This document shows, piece after piece, positions 18,842-24,000 of a stretch of 24,000 nt of DNA. The notes below the pieces were generated by a model. It saw nothing but the letters and a program-made list of their open reading frames with translations, was not told the origin of the DNA and ran no database searches. The translations under genes and the position numbers were made by a program. Numbering within the stretch: position 1 is the first letter of the stretch; every line of letters begins with the position of its first letter. Origin of the DNA: Actinomycetota bacterium (GTDB lineage: Bacteria > Actinomycetota > Acidimicrobiia > IMCC26256 > PALSA-610); contig JBEPUZ010000016.1 in the NCBI GenBank assembly GCA_041691275.1, positions 9,354-33,353 of the forward strand. Reading direction: 5' to 3'.

Positions 18842-19243
18842 ATGACCGACGGCACGGACCTTGTAACGCTCCCGGTCGACGGGACACCCGCCGCGGGCGC
18901 GATCGACGAACTCGCGGCGCTCGGCTCTCGCGACGGGGTCGTCGCCGAGCCTCACTCACATCCAGGTCCGCGCCAGTACGTGCTGATCGCGATCGTGCTC
19001 GTGATCCTTACCGGGGTCGAGGTCGCCACCTCGTATCTCGACGGTCACGTGAACTCGAACCTGCTGATCGTCGCGCTCGGCATCATGGCCGCGGTGAAGT
19101 TCTTCCTGGTCGCGGCGTGGTACATGCACATGAAGCAGGACTCGGCCACGTTCCGGCGCCTGTTCCTCGCCGGCCTGATCCTGGCGTGCACCGTCTACGG
19201 GGTGTTGCTCGTCGTGTTCTCCAGCACCGTCTTGAAGTCGTAG
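18842..19243 (+). CDS. ctaF: Cytochrome c oxidase subunit IV (prokaryotic COX4 / Bacillus CtaF-QoxD type)
   Basis: The C-terminal ~95 aa have three TM helices with typical motifs (YVLIAIVLVILTGVEVATSY, AVKFFLVAAWYMHMK). GAGGA lies 7 nt upstream of the ATG. The N-terminal ~35 aa are non-conserved, so a later start is possible. Confidence 0.8.
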   Translation: MTDGTDLVTLPVDGTPAAGAIDELAALGSRDGVVAEPHSHPGPRQYVLIAIVLVILTGVEVATSYLDGHVNSNLLIVALGIMAAVKFFLVAAWYMHMKQDSATFRRLFLAGLILACTVYGVLLVVFSSTVLKS

Positions 19244-19249
19244 GGAACC

Positions 19250-20104
19250 GTGCTCGCCGACGTCGCCTTTCCCGGTTGGGTCCCGCACCCGGAGGTCTGG
19301 CTCCTGGTCGGCGCGATCGCGGCCGGGTACGCGGTCGCTGTGAACCGCCTCGGTCCGCGTCTCGCTGCCACCGGCACTCAGGTCGTCACCCGGTTCCAGA
19401 TCGCCACGTTCTCGTCGGGGCTGCTCGCAATATGGGTCGCGTCCGACTGGCCGATCCATGATCTCGCCGAGCGCTATCTCTACTGGGTTCACATGGTGCA
19501 GCACACGTCGTACGCGATCGTGGCGGCACCGCTGCTACTGATGGGAACGCCGACGTGGCTGGCGCGCTGGCTCCTGTCGCCACGCTGGCTGCTGAAATCA
19601 GTGCGCTACATGTCGCGGTTGATACCGGCCACGTTGCTCTTCAACGCCGTGGTGATCTTCACCCACATCCCGGCGGTGGTCGACGCTTCTCTCCACAACG
19701 GGCTGCTCCACTTCAGCCTGCATGCACTACTGCTCCTGTCCTCGCTGATCGTGTGGATGCCGCTGCTCAGCCCACTGCCCGAGGTACCCCGCCTGCAGCC
19801 GCTCGCCCGCATGCTGTTCCTGTTCTTGCAGTCCATCGTGCCGACGGTTCCCGCCTCGTTCCTCACCTTCGGTGATCACCCGCTCTACAAGTTCTACGAG
19901 ACCGTTCCCCGGCTCTGGGGTATATCCGCCCTCGACGACATGCGCTTCGCCGGGCTGATCATGAAGATCCTCTGGGGCTTCAGCCTGTGGATCACGATCA
20001 CTGTGGTGTTCTTCCGGTGGCACAATGCCGAGGAGAAGGGCTCACCGGCCCGGCGTGTATCGCGCGACCTCGACCGCGAACTGATGGAGTTGCAGAAGCG
20101 ATGA
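19250..20104 (+). CDS. ctaG: Cytochrome c oxidase assembly factor CtaG (Bacillus caa3-CtaG family membrane protein)
   Basis: Polytopic membrane protein immediately after ctaF, with features seen in the family (YWVHMVQH, FTHIP, WMPLLSP). GTG start preceded by AGGGAA. Confidence 0.8.
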   Translation: MLADVAFPGWVPHPEVWLLVGAIAAGYAVAVNRLGPRLAATGTQVVTRFQIATFSSGLLAIWVASDWPIHDLAERYLYWVHMVQHTSYAIVAAPLLLMGTPTWLARWLLSPRWLLKSVRYMSRLIPATLLFNAVVIFTHIPAVVDASLHNGLLHFSLHALLLLSSLIVWMPLLSPLPEVPRLQPLARMLFLFLQSIVPTVPASFLTFGDHPLYKFYETVPRLWGISALDDMRFAGLIMKILWGFSLWITITVVFFRWHNAEEKGSPARRVSRDLDRELMELQKR

Positions 20105-20868
20105 CGAGCACCCCGACCCAAGAACGCGACGAGACCCCTGCGGAGACTCCGGTCCCCGCGTCGGCGGTCGAGAAGGTGCCCTTCTGGGACCGGCCGTACG
20201 TCGAGCGCTACTTCACGCCCTTCTTCCTGCCGGTCGCGGTGATCGTCGGTCTCGTCGCGTACATCATCAACATCTCCCGCATCTTCTTGTCGGGCCACGG
20301 ACACATCCCGATCTTCGTGGGTTCGGCCATCACCGTGATGATCCTCATCGGCGCCACGGTGCTCTCGGCCGGTTCGCAGCGCCTGCGCAGCTCCGCGATC
20401 ACGCTCGTCACCGCTGCATTCATCTTCTCGATCATGTCGAGCGGTTGGCTCGTGCTCGGTCACGCGCAGCCCGAGGCAACCGGCCCGACCTCGCTCCCGG
20501 CGACCTTGAAGGTGAAGCAGCCTCCGCTCAAGGTCACGGCCGCACCCGGCAACGCGCTCAAGTTCGTGCCCGACGCCCTCACCGCCACGACCGGTCTCGC
20601 CAAGATCGAGGTCGCCGTCGCCGGCGCCGGTCACACGTTCAGTATGCAGGACCCCACCACGCTGTGGGCGTCGTTGAGCCTGAACGCGGTGGGCACGACC
20701 GACAGTGGCGTCGCGTACTTCGCCAAGCCCGGTGTCTACGTGTTCTTCTGCGCGATCCCCGGCCACGAAGCCGCGGGCATGAAGGGCACGATCACCGTGA
20801 CAGGACCGCCCGTGACGCTGACCGCGGCCCTTACGCAGTCGGGTAACCCGGCCAGCGCAGCGGGCTAG
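20101..20868 (+). CDS. Membrane-anchored cupredoxin (plastocyanin/azurin-family type-1 copper protein)
   Basis: ATGA overlap with ctaG. Three predicted TM helices are followed by a cupredoxin domain with T1Cu ligands: His in AGHTF and Cys/His/Met in FFCAIPGHEAAGMKGTITV. The ORF-track start at 19987 lies inside ctaG. Confidence 0.8.
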   Translation: MTSTPTQERDETPAETPVPASAVEKVPFWDRPYVERYFTPFFLPVAVIVGLVAYIINISRIFLSGHGHIPIFVGSAITVMILIGATVLSAGSQRLRSSAITLVTAAFIFSIMSSGWLVLGHAQPEATGPTSLPATLKVKQPPLKVTAAPGNALKFVPDALTATTGLAKIEVAVAGAGHTFSMQDPTTLWASLSLNAVGTTDSGVAYFAKPGVYVFFCAIPGHEAAGMKGTITVTGPPVTLTAALTQSGNPASAAG

Positions 20869-20977
20869 GGAACGCGCCAGTTTCCCGAACTCAGGGGAGG
20901 CCCAGTTTCCCGAACTCAGGGGACGCGCAGTTTCCCGAACTCAGGGGACGCGCAGTTTCCCGAACTCAGGGGACGCG
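20867..20977. repeat. Tandem direct repeat, 25-bp unit CAGTTTCCCGAACTCAGGGGACGCG, four full copies plus a degenerate partial copy
   Basis: Copies lie at 20878-20902 (2 mismatches), 20903-20927, 20928-20952 and 20953-20977; the last three are identical. A partial copy (AGGGAACGCGC) lies at 20867-20877. The cupredoxin stop (TAG 20866-20868) abuts the array and the DAG-kinase stop (20966-20968, minus strand) lies inside it. Confidence 0.9.
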
Positions 20978-21838
20978 AACGTTCAGCGCGGCGCTCACGG
21001 CTTCCATCGAGCCGGGGAGCGGGCCGACGCGTTCTCCGTCGGCGTACACCTCCATCGGGATCGAGGCGTCGAGCGACTCCAGGTAGACGTTCTTGCCCCG
21101 CAGGGTCGTCACCTTGGGGTGACCCACGTGGGTGCCCTTGAAGACCTTGGGGAAGTTGTAGAGGAACTCGGCGCGGCCCATCTCGCAAACGATGGTGACG
21201 TCGAGGAGACCGTCGTCGAGCTTGGCCCCGGGCGTGACGTTCATGCCGCCCGCGTAGGCGGGGCCGTTGCCGACCGCCACGAGCCACGCCTTGGTCTCGA
21301 GCGACTTGCCGTCGACGGTGACCCGGAACTGATGCGGCTTGTAGACGGCGAGCGTGCGTAGTACAGCGGCGACGTAGAGGCCGGTGCCCGAAAGCCGGCG
21401 GACGGTGTTGGCCCAGCGGTTGGCCTCGGCGTCGAAGCCCGATGCGGTGACGCACGTGTACCAACGGCCGTTCACCCGGCCGAGATCGACGACCTTGTCG
21501 TGCCCGCTCGAGATCGCGTCGAACGCCCGCAGTGGGTTCTTGGGGTCGTAGCCGAGCACGCGGGCGAAGTCGTTGCCGGCGCCGGTGGGCACCACCGCGA
21601 GGCGCTTGCCGGTGTCGGCGGCCACGCCCGCGACCTCGGTGACGAGACCGTCACCACCGCACGCGACGAGGTCGTGACCGTCGTCGGCGGCCGCGCGCGC
21701 GAGCTTGGTGGGCGCGCCCGGTTCGGGGGAGACGTACAGCGTGATGCCCGCGACCCGGGCCGCGCGCTCGAGGTCGGGAAGCAGCTTTTGGGTGCGGCCC
21801 CGACCGGCCACCGGGTTCACGATCGCCGTCCACGGCAC
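20966..21838 (-). CDS. Diacylglycerol kinase-family lipid kinase (YegS/DagK type)
   Basis: AIVNPVAGRGR at the N-terminus, a DAGK catalytic motif (LVACGGDGLVTEV) and VVPTGAGNDFARVLG. GTG start at 21838. Its last codons and stop are supplied by repeat copy 4. Confidence 0.9.
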   Translation of the reverse strand: MPWTAIVNPVAGRGRTQKLLPDLERAARVAGITLYVSPEPGAPTKLARAAADDGHDLVACGGDGLVTEVAGVAADTGKRLAVVPTGAGNDFARVLGYDPKNPLRAFDAISSGHDKVVDLGRVNGRWYTCVTASGFDAEANRWANTVRRLSGTGLYVAAVLRTLAVYKPHQFRVTVDGKSLETKAWLVAVGNGPAYAGGMNVTPGAKLDDGLLDVTIVCEMGRAEFLYNFPKVFKGTHVGHPKVTTLRGKNVYLESLDASIPMEVYADGERVGPLPGSMEAVSAALNVRVP

Positions 21839-21879
21839 GGCCGGAAGCTATCGGTTCAGCGCGGGTAGCGTCCGGGACG

Positions 21880-22602
21880 GTGCCGAGCGAACTGGACTCC
21901 AGCCGGATTCCGGCACACGTTGCGATCGTCATGGATGGCAACGGTCGGTGGGCGCAGCAACGCGGGTTGAAGCGCACCGAGGGCCACGCCGCGGGCGAAG
22001 AGGCGCTGTTCGACACGGTCGACGGCGCGCTCGACATCGGGCTGCAGTGGCTCACCGTCTACGCGTTCTCGACCGAGAACTGGCGGCGCCCGCTCGACGA
22101 GGTGCGCTTCCTCATGAACTTCAATGAGCGACTCCTGGTCGCGCGGCGCGACGACCTCAACGAGCGGGGCGTGCGCGTCCGCTTCATCGGACGCCGGGGT
22201 GGTCGGGTCCCCCGCCGCGTCCGCCGGCGCATCGAGGAGAGCGAAGAGCTCACCCGTTCGAACCGCCGGCTGACGTTGACGTTCGCGTTCAACTACGGCG
22301 GCCGGGCCGAGATCGTCGATGCGGTGCGCGCGATTGCGCAGGAAGCCGCCGACGGGCGCATCGATCCGAAGAAGATCGACGAGCGCACGATCGGGAGGCA
22401 CCTCTACGCGCCTGACATGCCCGACCCCGATCTCCTCGTTCGCACGAGTGGCGAGTTCCGGATATCGAATTATCTGCTGTGGGAGCTCGCGTATTCGGAG
22501 CTCGTGTTCACCGATGTGCTCTGGCCCGACTTCCGCACCCGTCACCTCGTCGAGTCCATCGCCGAGTACCAACGCCGCGACCGCCGCTTCGGCGCCGTCT
22601 GA
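21880..22602 (+). CDS. uppS: Isoprenyl transferase / undecaprenyl-diphosphate synthase (cis-prenyltransferase)
   Basis: HVAIVMDGNGRWA, TVYAFSTENWRRP, LLVRTSGEFRISNYLLWELAYSELVF. GTG start at 21880. Confidence 0.95.
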   Translation: MPSELDSSRIPAHVAIVMDGNGRWAQQRGLKRTEGHAAGEEALFDTVDGALDIGLQWLTVYAFSTENWRRPLDEVRFLMNFNERLLVARRDDLNERGVRVRFIGRRGGRVPRRVRRRIEESEELTRSNRRLTLTFAFNYGGRAEIVDAVRAIAQEAADGRIDPKKIDERTIGRHLYAPDMPDPDLLVRTSGEFRISNYLLWELAYSELVFTDVLWPDFRTRHLVESIAEYQRRDRRFGAV

Positions 22603-22629
22603 GACCCCCAAATACCTCGCAACTGTTGT

Positions 22630-22803
22630 GGGGGGGGGGGGGGGCCCGCGGGGGGGGGCGGGCCGCGCGGGGGGGGCGGCGGCGCCGGGGAGGTAAGGGG
22701 GGTTGGGGGGGGGGGGGGGTGGGGGCGGGGGGGGGGGGGGGGGGGCGCCCGCCCCCAAAAAAAACCATTGTGGGGGTGTTTTTCCCCCCCCGGGGGGCTA
22801 AAA
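22630..22803. repeat. Extreme G-rich, homopolymer-run low-complexity tract (non-coding)
   Basis: Hand-counted runs, in order: G15 (22630-22644), G9, G8, G6, G15 (22705-22719), G5, G19 (22727-22745), then C5, A8, G5, T5, C8, G6, A4. It is bracketed by CAACTGTTG (22620-22628) and its reverse complement CAACAGTTG (22811-22819). Nothing comparable occurs elsewhere in the window. Confidence 0.9.
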
Positions 22804-22816
22804 CCGCGCCCAACAG

Positions 22817-22843
22817 TTGACAACGAGACACGTGAATTACACT
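22817..22843 (+). promoter_or_regulatory. Candidate recO promoter (possibly giving a leaderless mRNA)
   Basis: A perfect TTGACA (22817-22822) is followed by a 15-nt spacer, which is short, then TACACT (22838-22843), which fits the actinobacterial TANNNT -10. The -10 ends 6 nt before ATG 22850. An ACACG-N11-CGTGT dyad (22828-22848) overlaps it. Confidence 0.3.
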
Positions 22844-22849
22844 CGTGTA

Positions 22850-23593
22850 ATGCCGGGGCTGTATCGAGACGAAGGCGTGGTGCTCCGGACCATCAAGCTC
22901 GGCGAGGCCGATCGCATCGTCACCTTCTTGACCCAGGGTCACGGCAAGGTGCGGGCCGTCGCCAAAGGCGTCCGCAAGACGTCGAGCCGTTTCGGCGCCC
23001 GGCTCGAGCCCATGACCCGGGTCGCGCTCCAGTGCTACCGGGGCCGCGAGCTCGACGTGGTCACCCAGGCGGAGACGCTCGAGGCGAACCGGGTGCTGCG
23101 GGAGGAGTACGGGTTGCTCACGCACGCGATCCCGATGCTCGAAGCCGTCGACCAGGTCGCACAGGAGCACGAGCCGAACCCGGCGCTCTACCGCATGCTC
23201 ACCGGCGCGCTCCGGGCCCTGGGCGAGCTCCAGAACCCGCTCGTTACTTCCGCGTTCTTCTGGAAGCTGCTCTCGCTCGAAGGCATCCATCCGCTGCTCG
23301 ACGACTGCGCCCGTTGCGGTGCCGCCGGTTCCGAGAGCGGAGGCGGCGGTGATGCCGAGCTGGTCGCGTTCGATCTCGACGAGGGCGGGACGTTGTGTCG
23401 TTCGTGCGCGCGCGGTGGCGGCTGGCCGCTGACGTATCCCGCGCTGCATCTGATGCGACGCATGCTCGGTGGCGGCTTGAACGGCGTGTTCGCGCAGGAG
23501 CCCGGACCGGAGACGCACGAGGTGGAGCAACTCGGCATCCGTGCGGTCGAGCATCACGTCGAACGCCGCCTGCGGTCGACCGCGCTGCTCTAG
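22850..23593 (+). CDS. recO: DNA repair protein RecO
   Basis: The N-terminal OB fold is typical ([51 protein letters not shown]), and a zinc-finger-like motif is present (CARCG...CRSCA). I prefer ATG 22850 over TTG 22817, which is itself the TTGACA hexamer. Confidence 0.9.
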   Translation: MPGLYRDEGVVLRTIKLGEADRIVTFLTQGHGKVRAVAKGVRKTSSRFGARLEPMTRVALQCYRGRELDVVTQAETLEANRVLREEYGLLTHAIPMLEAVDQVAQEHEPNPALYRMLTGALRALGELQNPLVTSAFFWKLLSLEGIHPLLDDCARCGAAGSESGGGGDAELVAFDLDEGGTLCRSCARGGGWPLTYPALHLMRRMLGGGLNGVFAQEPGPETHEVEQLGIRAVEHHVERRLRSTALL

Positions 23594-23688
23594 CGGCAGT
23601 CTCGCGCCGCCCCAGCAGGGATTATCCGGTTGACACCCGCCATTACAGGCCGGGAGATGGAGGGTCCGCCGACTACTCTGGACTGCCT

Positions 23689-24000
23689 ATGGCAGCCGTT
23701 GGCGACCCCAAGTTGATGGATCGCGTCGTCAACCTCGCGAAGCGACGCGGGCTCGTGTTCCCGTCGTCCGACATCTACGGGGGCTTCCGTTCCACCTGGG
23801 ATTACGGGCCTCTCGGCGTGTTGCTCAAGCGCAACGTCAAAGAGGCGTGGTGGCGCTCGATGGTGCAGCTTCGCACCGACGTCGTCGGTCTCGACTCCGC
23901 CATCCTCATGGCGCCCAAGGTGTGGGAGGCGAGCGGTCACGTCGGCACGTTCACCGACCCGCTCGTCGACTGCCGCAACTGCAAGGAGCGCTTCCGCGCC
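23689..24000 (+). CDS. glyQS: Glycine--tRNA ligase (dimeric class II GlyQS type), N-terminal part; it continues beyond the window
   Basis: Hand translation gives [60 protein letters not shown]...[26 protein letters not shown]. It is absent from the ORF track because no stop lies within the window. An alternative start is ATG 23716. Confidence 0.9.
   Translation, partial: MAAVGDPKLMDRVVNLAKRRGLVFPSSDIYGGFRSTWDYGPLGVLLKRNVKEAWWRSMVQLRTDVVGLDSAILMAPKVWEASGHVGTFTDPLVDCRNCKERFRA

Noticed and set aside
20867-20977. The 25-bp repeat array as a possible CRISPR array.
   Set aside because: The copies are directly abutting with no spacers, only about 4.5 units are present, and no cas genes are nearby. 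It is a plain tandem repeat.
21856-22820. A poly-proline ORF (minus strand, 21856-22758, MGAGAPPPPPPPPPPPPP...), Pro-rich ORFs at 22508-23557 and 22542-22823 (minus strand), and a poly-glycine ORF at 22479-22820 (plus strand).
   Set aside because: They exist only because the G/C homopolymer tract is read as GGG or CCC codons. Outside the tract they run antisense to, or out of frame with, uppS and recO. No start context or domain is present.
22828-22848. The ACACG-N11-CGTGT dyad at the recO start, as a possible SOS (LexA) or RecA-NDp/PafBC-type damage-response motif.
   Set aside because: It does not match the actinobacterial LexA box (TCGAAC-N4-GTTCGA). It also does not match the RecA-NDp motif as I recall it (TGTCRGTG-N8-TANNNT). 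A 5-bp dyad alone is weak evidence, so it is kept only as a note within the promoter feature.
23594-23688. A possible T-box or riboswitch leader, or a structured element, upstream of glyQS. The spacer is bracketed by a 7-bp inverted repeat, GGCAGTC (23595-23601) and GACTGCC (23681-23687), and contains a TTGACA at 23630-23635.
   Set aside because: The 95-nt spacer is far too short for a T-box (about 200+ nt), and I see no specifier or T-box motif. A single 7-bp long-range pairing is within chance expectation at this GC content. No convincing -10 follows the TTGACA at proper spacing.

Overview
This is a visibly high-GC, gene-dense chromosomal segment with an Actinomycetota-type housekeeping layout. 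I could not run a search, so the taxon is inferred from gene content and synteny.

The backbone is the conserved block lepA / hemW / hrcA-dnaJ / rsmE / phoH-ybeY-CBS(CorC)-era / uppS / recO / glyQS. Three things interrupt it:
1. A roughly 5 kb insert between lepA and hemW. It carries two small membrane-protein genes, a translationally coupled acyl-CoA dehydrogenase / hypothetical / PAP2 operon, and a sigK-rskA ECF pair.
2. A BldD-like XRE regulator between rsmE and phoH. It retains the RXD-X8-RXXD c-di-GMP-binding signature.
3. A Bacillus-style caa3 cytochrome oxidase operon (ctaC with fused cytochrome c, ctaD, ctaE, ctaF, ctaG) between era and uppS. It ends in a membrane-anchored type-1 copper cupredoxin.

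Many neighbouring genes overlap by ATGA, GTGA or TGATG, which indicates operons.

No rRNA, tRNA, CRISPR array, transposase, integrase or recognisable defence system was found. I do not see convincing evidence of a wholly new multi-gene system.

The features that ordinary annotation does not explain are:
- an extreme poly-G, homopolymer-stretched tract of about 180 bp between uppS and recO, bracketed by a 9-bp inverted repeat; it is either an assembly artefact or a real G-quadruplex or slippage locus;
- a near-perfect 25-bp x 4 tandem repeat in which two convergent genes both terminate;
- a lower-GC patch with ambiguous head-to-head small ORFs.

Most long ORFs on the opposite strand of the called genes are high-GC artefacts.
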